NCBI GenBank assembly: GCA_964506725.1
Contig: CAZDLU010000006.1
Coordinates: forward strand, 4,078 to 68,077
Source: an uncultured Rhizobium sp.
Lineage (GTDB): Bacteria; Pseudomonadota; Alphaproteobacteria; Rickettsiales; UBA1997
Direction of reading: 5' to 3'
Length of the DNA stretch: 64,000 nucleotides
The notes under the pieces were generated by a model that worked only from the letters and a program-made list of their open reading frames with translations, was not told the DNA's origin and searched no databases. Made by a program: the position numbers and the translations under genes. Positions 39,163-48,523 of the stretch are shown here, in pieces; positions within the stretch are counted from its first letter, which is position 1, and each line of letters opens with the position of its first letter.

Positions 39163-39876
39163 TCAATGTCTTTTTCTTGCAACAATATTCAACGATTCTA
39201 CCACTAAAGTAAAAAATAGCGCAAAATATAGATAGGCTTTAGAAATGTGAATATGGAATCCGTCAGCCAACAATATTGCTCCGACTATAAAAATAAATGA
39301 TAGAGCTACAATTTTTAACGAAGGATATTTTGTTAAAAAACCACTTATCGATTCGGAAGCAAATAACATTATCAACATTGAAATCACAATCGCCGCTACA
39401 ATCACCGGAATATTATTGCTCATACCTATTGCAGTAATTACCGAATCGAAAGAAAAAATAAAATCGATTAAAGTAATTTGCAAAACTGCCGCAAGAAATG
39501 TATGACCAACTTTAATTTTATTATTCTCTCCCTCAGCATGAAGCCCGTAAAATACATCATTCATAATTTCCCATGAGCTTTTTACAATCAAAAATAGGCC
39601 ACCGGAAATAAGTAGAAAATTTTTAAAAGAAAAACCTATATTTCCCAGATAAAATAAAGGCTCAGTTAGTGTCATTACCCAAGACAAGGTAAGCAACATC
39701 AATATACGAATCACAAAGGCCAAGGCCAAACCGAAAATACGCGCATTTTTACGAAATTTATGTGGCAATTTGTGAATTACCAAAGCAATAAAAATCAGGT
39801 TATCAATACCTAAAATTATTTCTAAAAAAGTCAGAGTTAAGAAGCTAAGTAACAAGTCATATCCGACAAATTCCAT
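39163..39876 (-). CDS. TerC family integral membrane protein
   Basis: Multi-TM protein with LEIILGIDNLIFIA and a second DSVITAIG motif. Confidence 0.8.
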   Translation of the reverse strand: MEFVGYDLLLSFLTLTFLEIILGIDNLIFIALVIHKLPHKFRKNARIFGLALAFVIRILMLLTLSWVMTLTEPLFYLGNIGFSFKNFLLISGGLFLIVKSSWEIMNDVFYGLHAEGENNKIKVGHTFLAAVLQITLIDFIFSFDSVITAIGMSNNIPVIVAAIVISMLIMLFASESISGFLTKYPSLKIVALSFIFIVGAILLADGFHIHISKAYLYFALFFTLVVESLNIVARKRH

Positions 39877-39877
39877 A

Positions 39878-40471
39878 CTAAAAAGAAATTAATTTTTTTT
39901 GATAAAAAAGGTTTAATAAAGGCTGAATTGCAAGACCTAGAATTGAAAAATAATCGCCTTCCACTTTCTCAAATAAATGCTTGCCTAAAGCCTCGTACCT
40001 GTAGCTTCCGGCCGAACCCCAAGATTCATCAATTTTCACATATTTTTCAATTTCTTTACCGGAAATTTTGCGCATTTTTAATTTTACGCGTGAAAAATTA
40101 CGAAAAATTATTTTGCCGCGAAAAGCTATAACAACCGCATTATTTTGGAAATGAATTTTGCCGTTAAATTTTTTTAATTGCGAAACTGCTTCAGCAAAAT
40201 TATTAGATTTTGAAATATTTTTTTTGTCAAATTCACAAACCTGATCCGAGCCTATAACATAAGCATCGGGAAACTTTTCAGAGATAGAAAGTGCTTTACC
40301 TTCCGCTAAAAACATCGCCATTTTTTGTGGCCCGAATTTTACTTTTTTCTTAGCTTCTTCCTCGTCAAAAAGCGGCGCCATTACCTCAAAATCAAGCTTG
40401 GAATCTTCCAAAATTTTTTTACGAATTTTAGAAGTGGAAGCTAAAATCAAACGGCAATTTTGTTTTATCAT
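39878..40471 (-). CDS. maf: Maf-like nucleoside triphosphate pyrophosphatase
   Basis: LILASTS.IR..IL start, GSDQV, and a GSAGSYRYE-like motif. Confidence 0.85.
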   Translation of the reverse strand: MIKQNCRLILASTSKIRKKILEDSKLDFEVMAPLFDEEEAKKKVKFGPQKMAMFLAEGKALSISEKFPDAYVIGSDQVCEFDKKNISKSNNFAEAVSQLKKFNGKIHFQNNAVVIAFRGKIIFRNFSRVKLKMRKISGKEIEKYVKIDESWGSAGSYRYEALGKHLFEKVEGDYFSILGLAIQPLLNLFYQKKLISF

Positions 40472-41049
40472 TTGACCATCATTAAAAATTTCTTCTCCAA
40501 TTTCGGATTGGTTTTAAATTCTCCAATCATTGTTTTAGTAATTGTTGAAGACCCTACTTTATAGACTCCACGCGTTGTCATACATTGATGTTCAGCATCG
40601 ATTAAAACCGCTACACCTTTCGGTTTTAAGACTTCATTAATAGTATTGGCAATTTGTGAAGTAATAGTTTCTTGGGTTTGCAATCTTTTAGCAAAAGCAT
40701 CAACCAAGCGCGGAATTTTGCTCAAACCAACCACTTTTTTATCAGGAATGTAAGCTACATAAGCCTTGCCGATAAACGGCACCATGTGATGTTCACAATG
40801 CGATTCAAGATTAATATCTCTAATTAAAACAATATCATCATAGCCCTCAACTTCTTCAAAAGTTTTACCTAAAATCTGCTTGGGATCTTCATTATAGCCC
40901 GAAAAAAATTCCAAATAAGCATTTACTACCCGCTTTGGCGTTTCAATCAAACCCTCACGGTTTGGATTATCTCCGGTCCAAGCAATTAGCGTACGCACAG
41001 CCTCTTCGGCTTCTTTTTGCGTGGGACGTTTATTTTTAAAATCTTGCAT
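40468..41049 (-). CDS. folE: GTP cyclohydrolase I
   Basis: [10 protein letters not shown] zinc/active-site motif and QERLT-like RLQTQE. Confidence 0.95.
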   Translation of the reverse strand: MQDFKNKRPTQKEAEEAVRTLIAWTGDNPNREGLIETPKRVVNAYLEFFSGYNEDPKQILGKTFEEVEGYDDIVLIRDINLESHCEHHMVPFIGKAYVAYIPDKKVVGLSKIPRLVDAFAKRLQTQETITSQIANTINEVLKPKGVAVLIDAEHQCMTTRGVYKVGSSTITKTMIGEFKTNPKLEKKFLMMVK

Positions 41050-41208
41050 AAATTTTTAATTTATAAGAAAAGGGCGCAGATTCTAGTTGAATCCCAAAAT
41101 AATTACAAGTTTAAAAATCTATTGAAAAATAACTTGGCGAACCATATTTTTGAAGCCGACTTTTACTTTTTCCTTAAGAGTCACCACTAACCATTAATTA
41201 ATTAAAAT

Positions 41209-41739
41209 ATGAAAAAAAGCCTTTTAATCGCGTCAATAGTTTCTGCATTTTTTGTTGCTAACGCTAGCTCGCAAGCCGCTGAAGTCGGTATTTTAGATGT
41301 TGAAAAAATCGTTAAAGAATCAACCGCAATGCGTGACATTCAAAAGAAAATCAGCGCTAAGCAAGATGAATATCAAAAAGAAGTTGATAAAAAACAAAAG
41401 GAACTTGAAAAAGAACAAAAAGCTATTGAATCCAAGAAAAGTGCTCTTTCACAAGAAGCTTTCGATGCTAAAACCAAAGATTTTCAGAAGAAAATTGATG
41501 ACCTAAAAACTTATGTTGATAAAAAGCAAAATATTTTGAAAAAAGCTTCAATTGACGGGATGGGCAAAGTTAATGATGAAATCAAAGAAATCATTGCCGA
41601 TCTTGTTAAAGAAAAAGGCTACACTGTTGTAGTTCCTGCATCGCAAACACTTTATTACCAAGATGATTTGGACATTTCTGATGAAGTTTTAAAAAGACTT
41701 AATAAGAAAGTTACTAAGGTTAAAGTTAGTTTTGAGTAA
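41209..41739 (+). CDS. skp: periplasmic chaperone Skp/OmpH
   Basis: Signal peptide, a Lys/Glu/Gln-rich coiled arms region, and typical size. Confidence 0.8.
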   Translation: MKKSLLIASIVSAFFVANASSQAAEVGILDVEKIVKESTAMRDIQKKISAKQDEYQKEVDKKQKELEKEQKAIESKKSALSQEAFDAKTKDFQKKIDDLKTYVDKKQNILKKASIDGMGKVNDEIKEIIADLVKEKGYTVVVPASQTLYYQDDLDISDEVLKRLNKKVTKVKVSFE

Positions 41740-41756
41740 ATTACTATTAGTAGAAA

Positions 41757-41791
41757 TACCGGGTCATCAAAAATGGCCCGGTATTTTTTTT
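41757..41791 (+). terminator. intrinsic terminator after skp
   Basis: taccgggtcat caaaa atggcccggta followed by T8. Confidence 0.75.
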
Positions 41792-41854
41792 GGTTTTCGT
41801 AAAAAAGGAACCTGGCTACTTTCGGGCAAAAGTATCCTACAGCCCCTTTTCTCA

Positions 41855-42787
41855 TTATCTTCTTTTTTGCAACCTATTGTAATCGTTGAGCAGCCGTGAT
41901 TTGTCTACTTTAATATAGCGTTGCGTCGTTGAAAGACTTGAATGTCCGAGCAATTGTTGAATTGAACGCAAATCGCCGCCGGCTTCTAGCAAATGAGTAG
42001 CAAAAGAGTGACGAAAAGCGTGAGGAGTTACGGTGTCGGGTAAATTTAGGTTTTTTCTGATATGGGCGATCAGGCCGCTAAAATCGCGTCTGCTATATAA
42101 TTTTCTCTCACTTTTTAGAAAAATTGCATCTGTTGAATTTAATTCAAAAGGTAGAAACTTCAAATATTCATCAAGCCTTGACCTTACAACTGCAAGCATA
42201 GGAACAATTCTTTGCTTATTACCCTTTCCCGTTACAACTAAAGTTTTTGAATTTTCCAAATTATTTTTATTAACCGCCAAAGCCTCTGAAATACGCAGTC
42301 CACAACCATAAATTAAATTTAACAAAGCAATATCGCGCTTGATTTTCCAATCTTCTTCGTGCAATTCCTTAATAGCCGCCGCAATTTTATCAATGTCAAA
42401 TTTTTCCACAGCCTTAGGAATAGGCTTAGCCATTTTTGGTTTTTTTATTTTAAAAATTTCCTGATTTTTTATTAAATTATTTTCGTTAAAAAAACGAAAC
42501 ATTGATCTTAAGGACGCTAGAGCGCGTGAGTTTGAGCTGCTATTATGATTTTCCAGGCGGCTCGCCAGCCATTTACGAAAATCATAAATTGTTAAATTTT
42601 CCAACAAGTTTTTCCCAATAACTTTTTTCTTCTCTTTAAAAATAAAATCAAACAGGTAAAAAATATCAGTTTGATAGGAATTAATCGTGTTATTTGAATA
42701 TTTCTTTTCCGCTGCAAGGAAACGCAAAAAATCTGCCACCAAATTATTCACTTCCTTATCGCAAATATTTTTTATCGTAACATTCAT
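41855..42787 (-). CDS. tyrosine recombinase XerC/XerD family
   Basis: N-terminal SAM-like domain and the catalytic region HAFRHSFATHLLEAGGDLRSIQQLLGHSSLSTTQRY. Confidence 0.88.
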   Translation of the reverse strand: MNVTIKNICDKEVNNLVADFLRFLAAEKKYSNNTINSYQTDIFYLFDFIFKEKKKVIGKNLLENLTIYDFRKWLASRLENHNSSSNSRALASLRSMFRFFNENNLIKNQEIFKIKKPKMAKPIPKAVEKFDIDKIAAAIKELHEEDWKIKRDIALLNLIYGCGLRISEALAVNKNNLENSKTLVVTGKGNKQRIVPMLAVVRSRLDEYLKFLPFELNSTDAIFLKSERKLYSRRDFSGLIAHIRKNLNLPDTVTPHAFRHSFATHLLEAGGDLRSIQQLLGHSSLSTTQRYIKVDKSRLLNDYNRLQKRR

Positions 42788-43561
42788 ATGAAATTTTTAA
42801 AAACTGCTCTGATTTTTATTATTACGGCTAGCTTTGCAACAACAAGTTTTGCCTTCGAAAATTGGAATAGTAAAGAAGGTCGCACCCGCTTTGAAAACAG
42901 CAAATTTAAAAACGATTTTTACCAATTAGTTAATTTTTACCAACCGCAAATTAATCCATTATATTGTGCCGCAGCTACTGGCGTAATGCTTCTTGGGGCT
43001 TTTCATTATGGCAATATTCCTTCAACAAAATCAGGAGAAGTTGAAAAACCAAAAGCTTTAGGTGGCGGAAATATTGAATTTCGTGAATATTTGCAAACAG
43101 ATTTTTTTAATGAAAAAACCGATAAAATAAAAAAGCGCGATATCATTAATTTGAAAGAGCCAAAGTCAATTATTGACGGCAAAGAAAATTATGATCCGGG
43201 TTTAAGTTTAGAAGAATTTGCAAAAATTCTTTCTAAAAGTTATGGGTTGAAAGTTACAACAAGGCATATTGAAAATGTAACTGATTCAGCAATTGCAAGC
43301 TTCCGCGAGTTATTGAAAAAAGTTCTAAACGACGACAAATCTTTTATCGTAGTAAATTTTGACGGTAAAGTTTTAGGGCAAAAAACCAACGGCCATATCT
43401 CGCCGCTTGCCGCTTATGACGAAACTTCCGATTCGGCTTTAGTGCTTGATGTAGCATTACATAAAAATACTTGGTATTGGGTTTCGGTTACAGATCTTAT
43501 GAAAGCTATGAATACAAAAGATGGCGAGCAATATCGCGGTTATTTGATTGTTAAAAAGTAA
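42788..43561 (+). CDS. secreted phytochelatin synthase-like cysteine peptidase (C83-like)
   Basis: Signal peptide; a catalytic Cys context (QPQINPLYCAAATGVMLL); and GHISPLAAYDE...LVLDVA...WYWV...L.KAM...YRGYLIV, matching the PCS-like pattern. Confidence 0.7.
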   Translation: MKFLKTALIFIITASFATTSFAFENWNSKEGRTRFENSKFKNDFYQLVNFYQPQINPLYCAAATGVMLLGAFHYGNIPSTKSGEVEKPKALGGGNIEFREYLQTDFFNEKTDKIKKRDIINLKEPKSIIDGKENYDPGLSLEEFAKILSKSYGLKVTTRHIENVTDSAIASFRELLKKVLNDDKSFIVVNFDGKVLGQKTNGHISPLAAYDETSDSALVLDVALHKNTWYWVSVTDLMKAMNTKDGEQYRGYLIVKK

Positions 43562-43584
43562 TCCTGACAAACTGTCAACTAATA

Positions 43585-46077
43585 ATGTTCATCCCCTTAC
43601 TAAATCATACAACATATTCGCTTTGTAAAGGCGCGATAAAAATTTCGGAACTTATCGACCGTGCTAAGGCCTATAAACTGCCAGCGCTTGGCATTATGGA
43701 TTGCGGCAATCTTTTTGCGGCTTTAGAATTTTCCAGCTATTGTAAAAAATCAGGAATTCAGCCGATTATCGGTTGCGAAATGCTTTTAAATTTAAGCGAT
43801 AAAAATCAGAAAAATCTTTCTAATTTAGATATTCAAAATTCCTGCGTTAAATTGCCTCTTATCGCGCGCAGTCAAGAAGGTTATGAAAATTTAATGGATT
43901 TGGTAAGCGAAAGTTTTTTAAAAAGGCAAAGCGGAATTTTACCAAATATTACCTGGGAATTGCTTAAAGAAAAATCTAAAGGTCTTATCGCCTTGTCCGG
44001 CGCCTCTGAAGGCTTCATCGCTAAGTATTTATTGGAAGAACAAGAACAAAAATTACAAACATTGCTTGCAGAATTTATTGAAGTTTTTAAGCAAGATTTT
44101 TACATGGAAATCACGCGTCACGGCACAAAAATTGAAAATGAATTGGAAGAAAAATTTATTGCAATAGCTCTTCAACACAATATTCCCCTGCTTGCCGCCA
44201 ATGATGTATATTTTTTAAATAAGGAAATGCACGAAGCGCAAGATATTTTAACTTGCATCGGCGAAGGTCATGTTTTTGCTGAAAGTAACCGCAAAAAATT
44301 AAGTGAAGAGCAATATTTTAAAAATCAGGAAACGCTTGAAGCCTTATTTAGCGATATTCCGGAGGCTATTGAAAATACCGTTAACATTGCCAAAAAATGT
44401 CACGTGATGGCTTTTGAAAGACCACCCACCCTACCGCGTTTTAGTAATGAAGCCGGTTTTGATGAAGCCGAAGAATTAAAAAAACAAGCACACGAAGGCC
44501 TGAAAATGCGGCTTTCACGTAAATTTGAAAATGAAAATATCTCTTTAGAACAGCAAGAAAAAATTAACGAAGAATATTTTGCACGCCTTGATTTTGAACT
44601 TTCGGTCATCATAAAAATGAATTTCCCCGGATATTTTTTAATCGTATCTGATTTCATAAAATGGAGTAAAAGTAATGATATTCCTGTTGGCCCGGGCAGA
44701 GGCTCAGGCGCTGGTTCGGTAGTTGCTTGGTCTTTGCAAATTACTGACCTTGATCCGATTCGCTTCGGTTTGCTTTTTGAAAGATTTTTAAATCCTGATC
44801 GCGTTTCAATGCCGGATTTTGATATTGATTTTTGCCAGTCACGGCGCGACGAAGTTATTGATTATGTGCAAGCAAAATATGGCAAAGACTATGTTGCACA
44901 AATTATAACTTTCGGAAAATTGCAAGCGCGCGCAGTCTTGAAAGACGTGGGTCGCGTATTACAAATGCCTTACAATCAAGTTGATCGAATTTGCAAACTT
45001 ATTCCGTTTAATGCCATCGAAGCGGTAACGCTGGAAAAAGCCATTGAAATGGATAAGGATTTGCAACAAGCCATTAAGGAAGATACTCAAATTGCCAAAT
45101 TAGTTGATATTGGACTTAAGCTTGAAGGCTTGAATCGACACGCTTCAACGCATGCGGCAGGTGTTGTAATCGGTGATAAACCACTACATAAAATTTGTGG
45201 TTTGTATAATGATGAAGGCTCACAAATGCCGGCTGTTGGCTATTCCATGAAATATGCGGAGGCCGCCGGGCTTGTAAAATTCGACTTCCTTGGCTTAAAA
45301 ACTTTAACCACAATTTTTGAAACTTGTAAATTAGTTGAAAAAAACCGTGGCATAAAAATTGATATTTCTAATATCAGGCTTGATGATAAAGAAACCTTCA
45401 GAATGCTTGCAACTGGTGATTCCATCGGCGTTTTCCAAATCGAGTCTTCGGGAATGCGCTCGGTGTTAAAACAAATGCGCGCTGATAAAATTGAAGATAT
45501 TATCGCGTTGATTTCGCTCTATCGTCCGGGCCCGATGGATAATATTCCAACTTACATCAGAAGAAAACACGGCGAAGAAAAAATCGAATATCCGCACCGA
45601 CTTTTGGAAAATAGTTTGAAAGAAACTTACGGCGTAATTGTGTATCAAGAACAAGTGATGGAAATTGCGCGGGTTTTGGCCGGCTACACGCTTGGAGGCG
45701 CAGATTTACTACGTCGCGCCATGGGTAAAAAAATCAAAGAAGAGATGGATAAACAGCGCGAAATTTTTGTCGAAGGTGCCATAAAAAATGGCGTTGATAA
45801 AATTCAAGCCGGAGAAATTTTTGATCTCGTTGATAAATTCGCGGGATACGGTTTTAACAAATCCCACGCCGCGGCTTATGCGCTGATTTCTTACCAAACT
45901 GCATTTTTAAAAGCTCATTATTTACCGGAATTTTTAGCGGCTTCGATTAATTTGGAAATTGATAATACGGATAAGATTAACGTGTTTTTGCAAGTGGCGA
46001 AAAGCCACGGCATTCCTGTATTGCCGCCGGATGTGAATCGGAGCGAGGCGTATTTTGGGGTGGAGCGGGTTGATTAG
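43585..46077 (+). CDS. dnaE: DNA polymerase III alpha subunit, N-terminal ~830 aa only (C-terminally truncated or split)
   Basis: PHP domain, the palm (PDFDIDF) and the fingers (GYGFNKSHAAAYALISYQTAFLKAHY...LPPDVN). The ORF then stops at ...AYFGVERVD*. The HhH, beta-binding, OB and tau-binding regions expected next are absent, and repeat D3 follows. Confidence 0.85.
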   Translation: MFIPLLNHTTYSLCKGAIKISELIDRAKAYKLPALGIMDCGNLFAALEFSSYCKKSGIQPIIGCEMLLNLSDKNQKNLSNLDIQNSCVKLPLIARSQEGYENLMDLVSESFLKRQSGILPNITWELLKEKSKGLIALSGASEGFIAKYLLEEQEQKLQTLLAEFIEVFKQDFYMEITRHGTKIENELEEKFIAIALQHNIPLLAANDVYFLNKEMHEAQDILTCIGEGHVFAESNRKKLSEEQYFKNQETLEALFSDIPEAIENTVNIAKKCHVMAFERPPTLPRFSNEAGFDEAEELKKQAHEGLKMRLSRKFENENISLEQQEKINEEYFARLDFELSVIIKMNFPGYFLIVSDFIKWSKSNDIPVGPGRGSGAGSVVAWSLQITDLDPIRFGLLFERFLNPDRVSMPDFDIDFCQSRRDEVIDYVQAKYGKDYVAQIITFGKLQARAVLKDVGRVLQMPYNQVDRICKLIPFNAIEAVTLEKAIEMDKDLQQAIKEDTQIAKLVDIGLKLEGLNRHASTHAAGVVIGDKPLHKICGLYNDEGSQMPAVGYSMKYAEAAGLVKFDFLGLKTLTTIFETCKLVEKNRGIKIDISNIRLDDKETFRMLATGDSIGVFQIESSGMRSVLKQMRADKIEDIIALISLYRPGPMDNIPTYIRRKHGEEKIEYPHRLLENSLKETYGVIVYQEQVMEIARVLAGYTLGGADLLRRAMGKKIKEEMDKQREIFVEGAIKNGVDKIQAGEIFDLVDKFAGYGFNKSHAAAYALISYQTAFLKAHYLPEFLAASINLEIDNTDKINVFLQVAKSHGIPVLPPDVNRSEAYFGVERVD

Positions 46078-46082
46078 GCTTA

Positions 46083-46189
46083 CATGAACATAGGGCCGGG
46101 GTTACAAACCCCGACCAGCTTGATTTTTTTGAGTATAATCTTGCCGATATAACGCAGATCTGGTCTTGTAACCCCGACCTTACTTTCAT
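46083..46189. repeat. family D element, inverted doublet (D3, REPIN-like)
   Basis: catgaacatagggccggggttacaaaccccgacc, a 45-nt spacer containing gagtataat, then ggtcttgtaaccccgaccttactttcat. Confidence 0.8.
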
Positions 46190-46193
46190 TTTC

Positions 46194-46793
46194 TTAATCC
46201 ACAATCCTCCGAAACGTCAAATTAATCCGCGGGCTTAAAATCATTTTTGATTTCGGCACGGAATGCAGCCAGCATTTTTGTGTAATCCCTTTCATCACCA
46301 GCAAACTGCCGTTTTCTAGAACAACCGAAATTGCTTTTTCTTTGTTCTTGTGTTTCAAACAAAATTTGCGTTCAGCGCCAAAACTTAGCGAAGCAATTAC
46401 CGGCTCGGGGCCTAGAATTTCTTCATTGTCCGAGTGCCAAGCAATTCCTTCCGAACCGTCGTGATAAAGGTTTAGAAAACAGCAATTGAATTTTTCTTTT
46501 ACCAAATCTTCCACTTTTTCTTTTAAACCAGAAAGTTCATCAGTCCAAGGTAGAGTTGAATGCGTAGCCCTATATTTTTCATCGCCATACCAAGCAACTT
46601 CGCGTTTAGTCACAACCAACTTATCATACATTATCATACTGGCATGACGCCATTTAGAAGTTTTTAACAATTTTTCATAATGTTTTTGCGCGTCATTTTG
46701 GCCGATAATTTTGCCATAATAATCCACTTCGCCATCATATGGTAGTAGGTTTTCCGGGCCGTCTAAGAATAAATCTGTTTTTAGTAATTGCAT
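46194..46793 (-). CDS. alkB: AlkB-family Fe(II)/2-oxoglutarate-dependent DNA/RNA dioxygenase
   Basis: GIAWHSDNE (HxD), LKHK..., GSLLVM, and WLHSVP...RINLTFR. The start is set at MQLLKT; the upstream ATG lies inside repeat C2. Confidence 0.85.
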   Translation of the reverse strand: MQLLKTDLFLDGPENLLPYDGEVDYYGKIIGQNDAQKHYEKLLKTSKWRHASMIMYDKLVVTKREVAWYGDEKYRATHSTLPWTDELSGLKEKVEDLVKEKFNCCFLNLYHDGSEGIAWHSDNEEILGPEPVIASLSFGAERKFCLKHKNKEKAISVVLENGSLLVMKGITQKCWLHSVPKSKMILSPRINLTFRRIVD

Positions 46794-46805
46794 TTTAAAC
46801 CCTCT

Positions 46806-46920
46806 AAATCGAGTCATTCACCCTCACCCTAACCCTCTCCCCTCAAGGGAGAGGGAATTACTCCGAGCATCTCCTCTCCTTGAGGAGAGAGGGTTAGGGT
46901 GAGGGTGAATGACTCGATTT
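46806..46920. repeat. family C element, inverted doublet (C2), 115-bp near-perfect palindrome
   Basis: aaatcgagtcattcaccctcaccctaaccctctcccctcaagggagaggg ... spacer ttactccgagcat ... cctctccttgaggagagagggttagggtgagggtgaatgactcgattt. Confidence 0.9.
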
Positions 46921-46953
46921 TTTTCTTGACTATTATCTTAAGAATGAAATTAT

Positions 46954-46976
46954 TTGTTCTAATTATTATAGAACAA
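46954..46976. promoter_or_regulatory. perfect palindrome TTGTTCTA-N7-TAGAACAA, a candidate operator of the LexA-like repressor
   Basis: 8-bp inverted arms, 13 nt upstream of the repressor ATG. A TTGACT -35-like hexamer lies at 46926-46931. Confidence 0.45.
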
Positions 46977-46988
46977 CATTTTTAAAAA

Positions 46989-47597
46989 ATGCCAACAGAA
47001 TTTTTACATAACACCCAAAAAAAATTATTGGAACTTTTAACAAAAAATATTGACGAACCTTTGACGGTGAGAGAATTACAAGAAAAAATCGGGGCCTCGT
47101 CAACCAGTGTCATTGCTCATCACATGAAGCAATTGGAAAATAAAGGTTTTTTAAAAAAGAACCCGCATAATCCACAAGATTATCAAGTTTTAAAACATCC
47201 CGACAAAGAAATCGGCTATTTAAATTTATACGGTCTCACTGCCTGCAGCCCGCGTGGTTCAATACTTGACGGCAATCCGATTGATCGCATTGCTATTTCA
47301 ACAAAATTATTAATGTTTCCTTTTAAGGATGCTTTTATGGTAAAAGCCAAGGGTGATTCGATGCTGCCTAAAATCAATAATGGCGATTTTGTGATCGCTC
47401 AGAAATCCAATCAAATTAAAGACAGTGAAATTGTGGTTTGCGTAAATAATGAAGAAGCTTTGATTAAAAAAATCAGCAAGAAAAAAGATGATGTTATTTT
47501 AGTTTCACTAAACAGTGAATTTGCACCTTTTGTGGCTGCTAATGATTTTCGGGTGGAAGGAATTGTAAAGGGAGTTATTAGTAATAAAATGTTTTAG
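46989..47597 (+). CDS. LexA-like repressor (wHTH plus S24 peptidase domain)
   Basis: wHTH LTVRELQEKIGASSTSVIAHHMKQLENKGFL. S24 Ser in KGDSMLP and Lys in EALIKKI. The linker GLTACSP occupies the position of the LexA AAG.P cleavage site. Confidence 0.75.
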   Translation: MPTEFLHNTQKKLLELLTKNIDEPLTVRELQEKIGASSTSVIAHHMKQLENKGFLKKNPHNPQDYQVLKHPDKEIGYLNLYGLTACSPRGSILDGNPIDRIAISTKLLMFPFKDAFMVKAKGDSMLPKINNGDFVIAQKSNQIKDSEIVVCVNNEEALIKKISKKKDDVILVSLNSEFAPFVAANDFRVEGIVKGVISNKMF

Positions 47598-48523
47598 CCT
47601 AATTTAATTTTATATTTCTTACTCAAATAATTTGTTACATCATCAATCTCACTCTGCTTCAAGGCGCGATCGAAAATTATTATTTCAGAAATCTGACCCT
47701 TAAAAGAACGAGGATCAATTGTGCTGTCATTTAATCTTCCGATTGAAACATATAATGGAGACAAGTCGAACATGTTATTAGTAACGACTGCTGTTGTAGT
47801 GCTGCCACCAATTGTCAAAACATTATTCAACCAAACCCTCAAACTTGTTGATGAAAAATTTCTGACACTTGAAAGAATATAATTTTTATTTTCAGTAATA
47901 GGTGTAGTACTGTAATTATCGTCTCCAGCAGAAGTTCCCATTGGCGATCTATATAAAAAACGCAAAAAACCCGTGGCTGAAGCATTCTGAATTATAATAC
48001 CATTTTTTCCGTCATTATTTGTAGTAGTATTTGAGTCGCTAAAAATGCTGAGCGCTACTCTCTCATTGGCAAGACTTCCCGAACCATATTTAAAAACAGC
48101 AAATATTGAAACGTCCGGCGAATTTATAGTTACACTATTTATAGAAGTCATAAAACTTGCGGAACCATCAAACTGTAAACCGGGTAAACCACCAATCGCG
48201 TTAATTTTATAAATTGGCTTATTAGCTAAAGTTGCTTGGCTAAAATTATTTTTTGTAACAGATTGCTGACCAACATCGTACCAATTTGCAATTGACGAGC
48301 CATCGTCAATATTGGTATCAAAGCTATTATCAAGAGTTGGCTCAAGCCATAAAACCAAATTTTTTATGGCATTAACTGCTGAACCGCGCGTTACATTTTG
48401 CGCCGCAGCAATTTTCCAGGCCTGAATTAATCTACTGCCTTGGCTTACACCTGCCATTACAATAGCTATCACGACAATTACTACCGACATTTCCATTAAA
48501 GAAAAAGCTGATTTTTTATTCAT
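47594..48523 (-). CDS. prepilin-type N-terminal cleavage/methylation domain protein fused to a LamG/ConA-like lectin domain
   Basis: KKSA|FSLMEMSVVIVVIAIV, a class III signal with Glu at +5. The C-terminus reads FKGQISEIIIFDRALKQSEIDDV, typical of LamG domain ends. Confidence 0.65.
   Translation of the reverse strand: MNKKSAFSLMEMSVVIVVIAIVMAGVSQGSRLIQAWKIAAAQNVTRGSAVNAIKNLVLWLEPTLDNSFDTNIDDGSSIANWYDVGQQSVTKNNFSQATLANKPIYKINAIGGLPGLQFDGSASFMTSINSVTINSPDVSIFAVFKYGSGSLANERVALSIFSDSNTTTNNDGKNGIIIQNASATGFLRFLYRSPMGTSAGDDNYSTTPITENKNYILSSVRNFSSTSLRVWLNNVLTIGGSTTTAVVTNNMFDLSPLYVSIGRLNDSTIDPRSFKGQISEIIIFDRALKQSEIDDVTNYLSKKYKIKLG

Noticed and set aside
46040-46193. Split-intein (cyanobacterial-type) explanation for the truncated dnaE
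   Set aside because: The ORF ends in ordinary DnaE sequence (…AYFGVERVD*) with no Cys-initiated intein N-fragment. The break point also differs from the known split site, which lies before FNKSH.
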